Below are positions 52,111 to 63,966 of a stretch of 64,000 nt of DNA, piece by piece. How positions within the stretch are numbered: the stretch's first letter is position 1; every line of letters starts with the position of its first letter. Source of the DNA: Octopus sinensis (Eukaryota); contig NC_043011.1 of NCBI RefSeq assembly GCF_006345805.1, positions 15,078,464 through 15,142,463 of the forward strand, read 5' to 3'. The notes under the pieces were generated by a model, which made no database searches, had not been told where the DNA came from, and was given only the letters and a program-made list of their open reading frames with translations. A program made the translations under genes and the position numbers.

Positions 52111-52515
52111 AAAGATGAAGCCGAACGAACCTTCAACGTTCCTTAGGCTTTACGGATATCCGCTTTGCTGGAGTTTGGTTGTGAGGATGCATCTTTATCG
52201 AGATACATATAAAAGCAAGGGCGCTAAAAAAGGTACAGACGTTATGAAAACAATTGCTAAAGGTGAAAGATTTCACGTCAGAGCGCGCAAAAGGGTTGTT
52301 ATTGATTAAAGTCAACAAGTGCTTCTTACCAAAAAACAAAGGAAGGAGTTCTTTAAATTCGATTGGTCGTGTTAATTTGATTAAGCTGCCGAACCGCTAG
52401 TTGAGGGACTGTTTTTTCAGTGCGATACAAAGATGAGGCCGAACTAACCTTCAGGGTCCGTTAGGCTTTAAGGACATCTGCTTTGCTAGAATTCGGCTGT
52501 AAGGATGCATCTTTA
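52111..52515. repeat. Two 87-bp direct repeats (52111-52197, 52429-52515), 14 mismatches, no indels
   Basis: Manual alignment; each begins AAAGATG and ends CATCTTTA. Confidence 0.85.
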
Positions 52516-52569
52516 CTGTGATTTTAGTCTTCACCTATTCGTTGGACGATTTCGAATGTTCCCCACTGG

Positions 52570-53075
52570 ATCCTTCAGTGCTCTAGCAGTTGATTTGACA
52601 ATCTTTTAAAGTCAAATGATGGCTTGGATGAGAGAAGTTGTCGTTCTGTGAAGCTTGAAAAACTATCGTCAGATCTACCAACGAGAGCCTGATATCGCAC
52701 GTGAACTGTCGATTCTTCGCTGGAGATGAAGCTTCACATGCGTATGATATGGGTTGAGTTTTGTCAGACACGTTTTTCTTTAGCAACAGCATCATATCTT
52801 CATTGAGGGTTGTAATTAGGACAGCTTAAGCAGTTTGGGAGAGTCGAGTGAACATGCCTCCAGAGGAGTTACATTGAATATAATGCACAATAAAGATTTG
52901 ACAGAATGAAGAGCATCAAGTGGAACGGTCTCCTGCTCACTAATCTGCAAGTCTTTAGAATTCAGCGATAAAGAGCTGGCGTTACAATGGCTGCCGTTGA
53001 GTCTTTCTACATGACCCTTTGTGTGTGAACAGTAAACAATAAACGTCTGGCAGCTAAATTCGTTTCTATGCATAT
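52570..53075 (-). pseudogene. Decayed Ty3/Gypsy integrase, C-terminal half
   Basis: KGHVERLNGS...SLSLNSKDLQISEQETVPLDALHSVKSLLC...TP and LLLKKNV...NRQF...IRLS resemble NGQVERLNGT...WE.VLPDALHSIRSLLC.ATN.TPHE and VLLKRHVR...NPQYAHIR of invertebrate Gypsy elements. Confidence 0.7.
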
Positions 53076-54170
53076 AATTGCCGCAGATTGTTGTTTAAAA
53101 CAAAGGTGTCGAAATGTATCAAGGCAAGGATATAAAAAAATACAGAAGTTTTGAAAACAATTTATAAAGATGGATGATTTCATGTCAGAATGTGCAAAAG
53201 GTTAGGGTAAAGAGAGTATTGTTTAGATACACGAATAGAGACAATTCTACCTCTTGTCGTATTTCCTCTGGAGATTCCACGACCACTGAAATAAAAACCC
53301 CAAATTGAATGGACCATCATCGACATGGTCCCCACCTTACTCACCCAGCGTCCACAATTGCTAGCTCCACCCCCGTGAAAGACGACATTTTCTCCATCAA
53401 CCCGCGGGAAATATATTATTATTGACACCAGACGTAAGCCCTCCTGGTGAACTTAAAACCACAGGCTGCCTACAACCCAGATATACAATCTTGACATTGG
53501 CTGCTCCTCAGCACTGACTGTCCCACTGGATTCCTAACTACCAATGCCTACGCAGACCGCAAACCGACCCCCACAATATTCTGCATCCCCTATAAACTCT
53601 TACATTCGCCCCTATAAAAGTGGTGTGCTCAAGCACACCCACCAACACACATACGAACATCTGTGTGCACACATATGTACACACACACACACACATGCAC
53701 ACATTTATGTCCGTGTTGTTCTCTTCTACTCTCATCATTCTACACTATCAATCATATCCACCTCCCATCCTGCAACGCTGCTGCAACTACACAGGCATAT
53801 ATGTCACATTCGCACATGTAAAACTCAAAAACATGAATATATATATATACACGAACAAAAAAGTAAAAAAAAAAACAGACGCACGCAAGCAAAGCATTTA
53901 TATGCTTCCAGACAAACATGCACGCACCCGTGGTTTATATACAAATACAAGAATGTATATACTTACGCACACACACCTATACATGCATCTCAAACATGTT
54001 CGCGCACGCGCACACAAATACGCAAGTGCGCGCGCGCATTCACATACATACACACACCACACACACACTCTCTCTCTCTAACAATTTGCAATGGGGAGAC
54101 AACCACTGCCGTACTTATTCAATTAAATACATAGATGCATACTACATACATACATACATACATATATATA

Positions 54171-54212
<42 letters not shown>

Positions 54213-54559
54213 AATTACTCTTACACACATTCAATCTACTCGCCATTAATACTACCACGACACTGGACACACACACACACTACTACTCAACACACGCTGG
54301 AACGCTACACACGCCCCCACCCATTCCCCTCCCTCCCTTCCTCCTTCCTTCTTTTTCTTACTACTGACTACTGTCTGCTATGCCTACCACTGTCTCGCCC
54401 TACCTCACACGCCTACACACAGACGCACACACTAACACATACATATATTTTTTGTTTTTTTATCTCGCCTCACACACACACATACACACACGCACACGCA
54501 CACACTCACACATACACACACATCTGTTGCGTTACCAACCTTGTCTCCACTCTTTTGGC

Positions 54560-54814
54560 TTTAAAAACCTACTTTGCTCTTGTTATCGTAAACTTCCGCC
54601 TTTCACCATGTGTAACTCGTAAACACCAGTCGTTTTTTTTCTCTATCTCCTGTTGCCCGCTTTGGGATCTTTCTTTCCTCTCTCTTCCTTCTTTATGTTT
54701 CCGACGAAGAGCTCCGCTCGAAACGTCATACCTTCCTGCTTCCATTTCCTGAGCGCCTATTAATAATAATACTGTAATTGTTCCATTGTTGTTTTTTTGT
54801 TTTCCCGTTGGATT

Positions 54815-54815
<1 letters not shown>
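54560..54815 (+). mobile_element. Penelope-type terminal fragment ending in (TA)n
   Basis: Homologous to 60727-60980; hammerhead core plus cctgagcg; ends ggattaa. Confidence 0.65.
54697..54731 (+). ncRNA. Minimal type I hammerhead ribozyme motif
   Basis: GUUU-CCGACGA-A-GAGC(ucc)GCUC-GAAAC-GUC/AUAC; U4C variant, extra A after A9, palindromic ACGU helix III. Confidence 0.55.
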
Positions 54816-54853
<38 letters not shown>

Positions 54854-54860
54854 CATACAT

Positions 54861-54899
<39 letters not shown>

Positions 54900-54992
54900 C
54901 ATACATACATATATATATATATTATATATATATATATATATTCTGTATGTATGTATGTATAAATATATATATATTATAGGTGTGTATGTATG

Positions 54993-55052
<60 letters not shown>

Positions 55053-55061
55053 CTATATACA

Positions 55062-55440
55062 CAGGGTGCCGATGGGTAAATTGTTACCATTTTATATTTT
55101 TTTTTCGTGCGTGCACATTGTTTGATTTTGAATTTGTCGACTAATTAGTATAGTAGGGTCAGTTGGGCCTCGTCTGTGAGAAAAACCACACCATGATGCA
55201 ATTCACTCTGCCAGAAATTTGGAAGCAACATGTTGTACTGCTTGGCGTTCACGCCTGAAGCTCCAATATGAACATTTCAGAGTGTTTGGGTGTCAATCTG
55301 AGGAGAGTGCAATCTGAAGACATGTTCTGAGAGTGATAAAAATCGAACAACCAGTCAACATCTTGGTGTTTTGGAGTGGTCACTAGTGATTGGCGACGTT
55401 ATGCCTCCATTCATCTTCCCACACGGCCTCAGACTCAACA
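55062..55440 (+). mobile_element. Internally deleted Tc1/mariner (maT/DD37D-like) element
   Basis: Starts cagggtg; MMQFTLPEIWKQHVVLLG...NISECLGVNLR then PVNILVF/GVVTSD/GDVMPPFIFPHGLRLN; runs into a SINE B tail (55441-55524). Confidence 0.7.
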
Positions 55441-55524
55441 AAGAATAAGCCGTGGGGTCGATTTGCTCGACTAAAGGCGGTGCTCCAGCATGGCCACAGT
55501 CAAATGACTGAAACAGTAAAAGAG

Positions 55525-55587
55525 TATATATATATCAAAACATCCATCCATATATATATATATATATATATATATGGATGGATGTTT

Positions 55588-55600
<13 letters not shown>
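55525..55600. repeat. Perfect 76-bp palindrome centred on (AT)13
   Basis: (ta)n-caaaacatccatcc-(at)13-ggatggatgttttg-(at)n. Confidence 0.92.
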
Positions 55601-55656
<56 letters not shown>

Positions 55657-55698
55657 ATATATATATATATGTATATAATGTATATATTTATATATATA

Positions 55699-56478
55699 TC
55701 CCTTTTAGTAGAAAGAATAGCTATAACTCTTTGACTGCTATTTCTAAATTCGGTGTGTGGTGAGGCAATTCGTTGCTAAACCTTAATTACTTAGTATTAC
55801 TTAAACTTTCCTCGAATGAGGCTTTTAACATGCCGAAATCTACTTGGTGTAATTAATGATTATTCCAAATTAATTAATTTCACCCTATATTTTTACTGAT
55901 AACCATATTTCAATCCCAGTAAATGACCACAGCATCTTGTCTTGGCTACACGCTGGTGGGAAGGGGTTGGTGACACAAACTTTCATTCACACACTTTGAA
56001 TTTGGTGATACTGGTAACGGCTTTAGCTCGCTCTGATACTGAGTTGAGATGATGCCTTCTAGTATCTCGAAATTTAATATACAATTATTCATATTGTAGT
56101 GTCCTACGCTGATGAAAAAGAAGTTGGTAAGACATAATTATCTAATTCTTATGCTTTCCTAAAACTTAATTTCGAAACGTACGTCCGTAGGTGACTTAAA
56201 ATTGTATGATAGATTGCCGTCATTTCATTCTCTCTTACCTGTCTGTGTTGCCTTTCAAGTGCTGTGTTTTTACTGAGATCTCCCTTTTAGTAGAAAGAAT
56301 AGCTATAACTCTTTGACTGCTATTTCTAAATTCGTGTGTGGTGAGGCAATTCGTTGCTAACCCTTAATTACTTAGTATTACTTAAACTTTCCTCGAATGA
56401 GGCTTTTACATTCCGAAATCTACTTGGTGTAATTAATTATTATTCCAAATTAATTAATTTCACCCTATATTATTACTG

Positions 56479-56481
<3 letters not shown>
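55699..56481. repeat. ~202-bp near-identical direct repeat pair (55699-55901, 56281-56481)
   Basis: tcccttttagtagaaagaatagc...caccctatatt.ttactgata; a few substitutions and 1-bp indels. Confidence 0.92.
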
Positions 56482-56509
<28 letters not shown>

Positions 56510-57704
56510 AACACACTCACACACGCGCGTGCGAACGTATTTAAAGTACATAGACAAAGTAGTAGATAAACCTAATGAGTTCCTAAAATTTAAATAGAGG
56601 GCAGGAATGTATGAAAGTAATTAATTGTGAAGCTAGTTATGTAAATATATTTGTACTATGTGCGTATAATCGTATATATGTAATTATATAGATACAGTGC
56701 TTTTTAATAAATGCAGTGTTAATAAAGATGGATTGATGCCGTTTAACTGGTTTGGACGATTTCTCTGTGTAAAAAATTAAGAACACCTATTAAAAGCACG
56801 TACAATTGAAGATAACAATGCTTCGCTGTTTTCTGTTTGAAAATCTATGCAAATCTATTCAGTCAATTATGTAGGTTCACATTCGTTTTCATTTACAAAT
56901 GAAAATACACGTTGATGTTCACATGATTTTGAAGACTATGACTTGACCTAACTTCAACAAGCTTATCCGGCCAGTAATCTCGAGAGTGCCTGCTCCATAC
57001 CCAACGTGTGAAACATAAGAGATAAGCACCTTATTCTGGTTTTTACGGAACAACACCGGTATATATTTACCCAACAAAATCAACAATATACTTAGCTATT
57101 TAGCAAAGAATCTGTATGTGATTGCCTCTGTCGTGTTGATACTTCATAAACGATTATTATTTCTAATTTTTAAATTCCATAAAGGGTTAGAGGCTGGCAA
57201 GATCAACGACGTACTTCGAGAGAATCTACTTGTCGACCAAGATCAAACCAAATAGTTCTGAGACTGTGGACAACTTCAATATATCTATGGTTTTCCAGTA
57301 CTACCGGAGACGTTTGTAGTATGGGTTTGGAATGAACTCTTCAACGGCAAAAGCTACCAGAAGGAATTCTAATTGGATTTTGCCAGACAAGGAGTGAATT
57401 CCAGAAGGCATAACTTACCCTGCATACATCTGGTGTCTCATACCGAATTGGTTACAAAACCCAAACCTTTTCATTCGGGGTCACCTGATCATCTAAGACT
57501 GTGCAAGTTAGAAAGCAACAATTGCACGAAATGTGACAGCAGAGGAGGTGTCTAGGAGTAGTGACTGGATGCACCAGGTTCCTTAGGTCTTGTTACCAAA
57601 TTAATCATCAACGGAGAAAGGCAAGCAATCCGCCCGTATCGAAGATATACAGGAAAACCATATCAAATGGAAAAATTGTACGACCATAGGAACATGTCCG
57701 GTAA

Positions 57705-57851
57705 GTTCGCCGTCATCATTTCACCGCAGGGAAAGTTTACCGTCATCAATTCTCTTTTTGTTTTCCTCCAATAAAATAGTTTTTAATGGTGAGATACTAT
57801 GAGTATATTTTCTTGGTAAACTTTCTTCACCGAAAATTGATGGCGGTGAAC
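57705..57851. repeat. Decayed inverted-repeat element (~37-bp imperfect arms)
   Basis: gttcgccgtcatca...ggaaagtttacc versus ggtaaactttct...tgatggcggtgaac. Confidence 0.5.
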
Positions 57852-58364
57852 TTAACCGTAATCCTTCAGGAAAATAGTGTTGTCACGTACTGGCAAAAAC
57901 TCGTGGTCTTATTAATTAGGGAGAAGAATACAAATTAAAAACAAATCGAAGGAGTAAATGAGTAATATCCAAAGCTGTGAACTGTACGATGTGAGAGGGA
58001 GTACCGTATGAATGAAGCGAATAAAATTTGGTGTAAGAATGCTGAAATCTACGGAAAGACAGTTGGATGAATAGATGCGCGCACAAATAAGGTAGAATTC
58101 GAGGAGGGAGTGAAGAGTAGATGGCAAGAGTGTAGAAGATATTGAGAGACAAAGTGTGGGGATGAGGGTATAGGTGACTTTCGGGAAAGATGTTGGGGAT
58201 TATGGGAAAAAAATAGTAGGAAAAGATGACATTCGTAGGCTCTGAACAACATGAACGTCCATGGAAGGTAGACAAAATTATTTGGAGGCCTTAAATTGTC
58301 AAACTGAGTAGGTTTTGATTCTAAACATATAATTAAGGATATACGTCTTTTATCTTTTATTTTT

Positions 58365-58737
58365 TTTTATACTTTTTACTTGTTTCAGTCATTAGACTGC
58401 GACCATGCTGGGGCACCGCCGTGAAGAATTTTTCGTTGAACGAATCGACCCTAGTAAGTGTTTTTACAGTTTGGTACTTATTCTATCGACCTCTTTTGCC
58501 GAACCGCTGTTAACGGGGGTGTAAACACACCAACTCCGGTTATCAAGCGGTGGAGGAGAACAAAGACACACACACAAAGACACAACACACACACGACGTA
58601 CGACGGGCTTATAGTTTCAGTCTGCCAAATCCACTCATAAGTCATGGTCGGCCTGAGGCTTGAGTAGAAGACACCTTGGGACTAAAGTGAGAATCATGTG
58701 ATTGGGAAAGAAGCTTCTTACCACACAGCCACACCTG
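58365..58737 (-). mobile_element. SINE family B, older copy
   Basis: Reverse complement with deletions. Confidence 0.8.
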
Positions 58738-59029
58738 AACATATATATATATATATAGTAGAAATATGTTACGAAAAGAAAATATAAAATACACGTGGAA
58801 ATGTAAGGGTAAAATATGAAAGATCAACGAAAATGCATATTGCAAATAGAAAAAGGCTAACGACAAATATATACATTTAGATTGACTGAGGTAGTAATAC
58901 GAGTCATAAAAGTCATTATTATGAGATGATTATAAGATGATAATAAAGTAAGAGAACAAAACGAACCAATGATTTACGCAAAGCTAGTCATCGTTTGAAA
59001 TATATATATATATAATATATAATATAATA

Positions 59030-59063
<34 letters not shown>

Positions 59064-59238
59064 TATATATATTCGGTTTATGTTTTAAAATCGTTAGAAC
59101 ATAAACGAAATCTTTTAAGAACAGTATTATAGACGGAATTAGTAACCACATGCATGCATACATACATACATACATACATACATACATACATACATACATA
59201 CATACATACATACATACATACATACATACATACATACA

Positions 59239-59270
<32 letters not shown>

Positions 59271-59568
59271 CACACATACACGTGTTATTCTGTATGCATG
59301 TGAGTGTGTTAGAGGGGGAGTGAATATAATATAGTAACAAGATAGCCGTAAACAGAATTAAAAATCGAACCAACATTAGCAGAGTAAACAAAGATTTATG
59401 TGTAAAATCAAATGCTACAAACGTACTGCTTGTTTTGCTTTTAACCAAACTCATCAAGGCATTTGCTCCTACGTCTATCGGTAAACTAAAGTCGTGAGTT
59501 TTGTGTGAATGTGCGTAGTTTAAGAAAACAAATTGTCCTATAGGTTATTTGGCCAAGGGGACGGTGGT

Positions 59569-59874
59569 GGTGGTTTGTTCCTTCTCAAGTCATGCCTGGC
59601 TCATAAGGGCCGGTTTCCCAGTTTCTTGGCGTATAGGTTCCCCACCTGAACGGGACGCCGGTCCATCGCAGGTGAGTTGCAAGATGCAGGAGGAAAGAGT
59701 GAGAGAAAGTTTTGGCGAAAGAGTCAACGGAAGTTTCACCATTACCTTCTGCTGGAGCTGTGTGGACCTTAGGTGTTTCGCTCATAAACACACACACATC
59801 GCCCGGTCTGAGATTCGAACGCGCGATCCTTCGACCGTGAGTCCGCTGCTCTAACCACTAGGCCATGTGCCTCC
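59569..59874 (-). mobile_element. SINE family D, intact (body D, tail T2), 8-bp TSD
   Basis: ACGGTGGT at 59561-59568 and 59875-59882; A and B boxes present. Confidence 0.92.
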
Positions 59875-60582
59875 ACGGTGGTAGTAGTTAATAACAACTA
59901 ATTTACGAATGGTTATTAAAAATGTGGTTGAGTGTACGGTGGCATAATTTGAAAACACTTGTCATTGATAGGTGATTACGATGTGTATAATTCGGAGAGG
60001 TCAAATTTGGGGGTGTTTTCTTGTTATTAAGGTAATTAAAAAAATAGATAAAATATTTTTGCTTGTTTGTCTACAACTTGATCATTGAGTATCATAAAAT
60101 ATATATTTGTGTTGTGTAAATATTCTATATCATTGTTATATTTTATTTACATAGAAGATTTCTTGTTCCATTTAACTTGTGTGTGCGTTACACAATGGGA
60201 AGATAGAAACCGTGAGAGCACTCATGGAAGGTTTGCGGGAAGAGTCACTGAGGAAGTTAGGGGAAAGAGGTCATGCGTTACTATTATTTGAATTAAGTCC
60301 TAAGAATTCAGTTAGTTATACAGTGAAAAGTAAGGAAAGAGGACACTTCCCAAGGGCGAATTTATGACGATTAAAAAAAAAAGTTTAATTCGTTCTGCGG
60401 TAGAATAATATCAAAAAGAAAAGCCAAGAACGATTGTGATTAATAGGTGACTAATGTTTTGAATTAAAGATAGGCTGTGCAAGAGAGAGAAAGGTATTTT
60501 TATATAATGCTGATAATGAACAGATGATTCATTTTGCCTGTCTAATTTTCACTTCAATATATTAGTAATTTGTAGGCATTCC

Positions 60583-60725
60583 AGATCTTTTCGGTTTGAA
60601 CGGCAGTTTTTTCTAGCAGTGTCATATGAAATTGTCACCCATGATTATGAGTCTAGTATCGATCTATTGCATTTCAATCTGTTTTAGGGTTAGGGTTAGG
60701 GTTAGGGGTGGGGGAAGGGCATCAT
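60583..60725 (+). mobile_element. MITE family M copy 3, right half missing
   Basis: Left TIR and (TTAGGG)4; truncated where (TA)n and a Penelope-type terminus begin. Confidence 0.88.
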
Positions 60726-60726
60726 T

Positions 60727-60980
60727 TTTTCTTGTATATATATATATCACCCTTTTCCTTCCGGTCTTTCAAAATGTGACCTCGTGTGCACCGTTGGCGA
60801 TTTTTTTCCTCTGCCTTCCCTTCTCTGGATCTTTCCTTCTCCTATGTTTCCGACGAAGAGCTCCACTCGAAACGTTAAGCCCACCTTCTTTCCTTCTTCC
60901 CTGAGCGTCCAATAATACTATATTTGTTTCACGTCCTCGCGTTGTTGTGTTTTTTTGTGCTTTCTTGTTTGGATTAACTA
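60727..60980 (+). mobile_element. Penelope-type terminal fragment between (TA)n tracts
   Basis: Homologous to 54560-54815. Confidence 0.65.
60846..60880 (+). ncRNA. Minimal type I hammerhead ribozyme motif
   Basis: GUUU-CCGACGA-A-GAGC(ucc)ACUC-GAAAC-GUU/AAGC; helix I fully pairable with one G-U; one mismatch in helix II. Confidence 0.5.
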
Positions 60981-61581
60981 TATATATATATATATATTTC
61001 TATATAGATATATGTATGTCTGTATGTATGTATATGCATATATGTATATATATTGTGTATATGTGTGTGTGAATGTTTGTAAAGTGCACGTGAAGAAATT
61101 TATATATATATGTGTGTGGATGTTTATACACACACATACACACACACTCATAGAACAAAAAGAGAGAAGGTAAGAGGAGTATATTACTGGCAATGAAAGA
61201 TGAAAGGATATCTATCAGATAAAAGGATATACGTTTGTGTATAATCTTCCGGTTTGGGATAAAATAAGTCGGCTGTAATCTTCTTGGAAACACGTGTAAG
61301 ACGACGTAATTAAAGAATTTCAGAACCAATCTCAAGTTTAGTTCTTTATGCTTACTGTGTGATCTTTGTAATATTGTAGACCGGTAAAAGTGAATTCCAG
61401 AACACATCATTTACCCTACCTCGACTATAATACACAAGTCCTCTTCGCATCTTTCCTTTTCATAGTATTAGATACACATGGAATTCTGTATTCTGTTTAT
61501 ATTGAGAAATTTATATAGCACAATGCAAAAATATATTTCATTATATAACATTGTGTTATATATATAAATGATTGTTGTCAT

Positions 61582-61985
61582 CATAGGCACAGGAGTGGCT
61601 GTGTGGTAAGTAGCTTGCTTACCAACCACATGGTTCCGGGTTCAGTCTACTGCGTGGCACCTTGGGCAAGTGTCTTCTACTATAGCCTGGATTTGGTAGA
61701 CGGAAACTGAAAGAAGCCCGTCGTATATATATGTGTGTGTGTGTGTAAGTATATGTTTGTGTGTCTGTGTTTGTCCCCCTTCCACATCACTTGACAACCG
61801 ATGCTGGTGTGTTTACGTCCCCGTCACTTAGTGGTTCGGCAAGAGAGATACTTATTCAAGAGAGACCGATAGAATAAGTACTAGGCTTACAAAGAATAAG
61901 CCCTGGGGTCGATTTGCTCGACTAAAGGCGGTACTCCAGCATGGCCGCAGTCAAATGACTGAAACAAATAAAAGAATAAAAGAAT
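61582..61985 (+). mobile_element. SINE family B
   Basis: cataggcacaggagtggctgtgtgg ... gactgaaacaaataaaagaataaaaga. Confidence 0.92.
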
Positions 61986-62280
61986 ATAAGAATATCAATT
62001 CCGGTGATCGACGATGTGGCAGGTGTTTTGTATGACGTTCTGCGCGAATAAGGATTATAATGTCATGCTACTGAAGCCAGTGTAGCACGGATTAAACTGC
62101 TATCAAGCATTTTCATTTTCGCTTTTTATTGTATTATATAAATACAAAGATTAGAGTTTTGGAGAACGCGTTATCTTTAACTCGACATTCTTAGTTCTAC
62201 AGTGGAATGGTAAAATTGGAATATTATTAGATGATTAATTCAATAATTTAATTTATCAATGTTCCCTCAGTACAAACCGC

Positions 62281-62703
62281 GGATCTTTTCGGTTTGAACG
62301 GCAGTTTTTTCTAGCGGTGTCATATGAAATTGTCCCCTATAATTATGACCCTAGTATCGATCTATTGCATTTCAATCTGTTTTAGGGTTAGGGTTAGGGT
62401 TAGGGGTGGGGGGAAGGGTATCTTTTTTTCTTCACAAATGTAAATAAACCCAATCTGTTTCTTAAACGAGGGACATATTCATAGGGCACAGAATATTTTT
62501 TACCTCAATAGATGTCATTGATCAGTTGAAATTGCAGAAATTGAAGAAAAAAACAACAGATATCTTACAAACTATAGAATTTTCTCAATAAAGCCAAGAG
62601 AAAAAGATGTTTTATAATCACATTCTACCAGTATACGAAGTTTAAAAGTGTTTAGTTACGTGGAAATCATTTTAAAAAACTGCCGGTCAAACCGAAAAGA
62701 TCC
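62281..62703 (+). mobile_element. MITE family M copy 4
   Basis: Both TIRs; TSD CAAACCGC / CAGACCGC (1 mismatch). Confidence 0.92.
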
Positions 62704-63056
62704 CAGACCGCTAGCCAGTCGCGTGTTGGAAGTTGCCGAAATCATCCAAACCATGTGGTTTATGTAAGTGTTATTTTGATATTGATGGACGGAAAGAAAT
62801 ACATCAAATCAATTGAACAAAGAAGTTATTATCTCTAAAAATATTTCGAAGCAACTGATTGCTTTTTATTCTTATTTTTACAACTCGCAACGGAACGCAG
62901 TAACCATGACTCTTTAGAGGCCTACAAAGAATGTTTGAAAGAAGGTGTGCTCAATCCAGGCACATGCAGTGAATGCTTGCAACGGAGGCGAAATCGTCAT
63001 CGAGAGCCAAGAAAAAGATGATGTGGGATTAAGTTTATTACTCACGAAAACAGCGG

Positions 63057-63485
63057 GGATCTTTTCGGTTTGAACGGCAGTTTTTTTTTAATAATTTCCA
63101 CGTAACTAAACACTTTTAAACTTCGTATACTGGTAGAATGTGTTTATAAAACATCTTTTTCTCTTGGCTTTATTGAGAAAATTCTATAGTTTGTAAGATA
63201 TTTGTTGTTGTTTTTTCTTCAATTTCTGCAATTTCAACCAATCAATGGCGTCTATTGAGGTGAAAACATTCTGTGCCGTATGAATATGTCCCTCGTTTAA
63301 GAAACAGATTGGGTTTATTTACATTTGCGAAGAAAAGAAGATACCCTTCTCCCCACCCCTAACCCTAACTAACCCTAACCCTAAAACAGATTGAAATGCA
63401 ATAGATCGATTCTAGGGTCATAATTATAGGTGACGATTTCATATGACACCGCTAGAAAAAACTGCCGTTCAAACCGAAAAGATCC
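63057..63485 (-). mobile_element. MITE family M copy 5, inverted relative to copy 4
   Basis: Both TIRs; CCCTAA repeats on the plus strand; ACAGCGG on both flanks. Confidence 0.92.
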
Positions 63486-63489
63486 ACAG

Positions 63490-63690
63490 CGGTGGGATTC
63501 GAACTCAAAACACAAAGAGTCAGAACACCTAAACACAAAGCATTTGGTGATGTTTTTACACTCCCGCCATTTCAATTCCCTGGATTGGTAGTTTTTATCG
63601 ATCGCGAAAGGATGGAAACCACAACTGACCTCGTATTATCTCAGAGCGCAGAGATGAGGAACAAATGCTGCCAGTCATTCAGTCCATGTC
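63490..63690 (-). mobile_element. Decayed SINE A-family copy
   Basis: gggattcgaactcaaaac and gtagtttttatcgatcgcgaaaggatggaaacc remnants. Confidence 0.5.
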
Positions 63691-63922
63691 AGGCATTTAA
63701 TGTCAGGGAAGTTTCATATTTTCACAAATTGAACGTTGAGAATAAAACGTAGAACAAATCTTTGTCTTCGTTGAGCTGATGGATGACAAACACGTACGTT
63801 GATTGGTAAACACATCAGGTTTCATGTCAGTACAAAGTTAATACATTTTATTGCCCTGTAATAATTTAATATTTTTTATTACAGTTTCTTGTTACTCTTG
63901 TTTTAAAGAATGGACACGTTTC

Positions 63923-63966
<44 letters not shown>

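Noticed and set aside
57912-58275. Second Penelope RT-thumb relic
   Set aside because: Resemblance too faint to support.
60179-60367. Ankyrin-like ALHNGKIETVRALMEG
   Set aside because: Only a partial motif; a stop lies just upstream and there is no usable acceptor.
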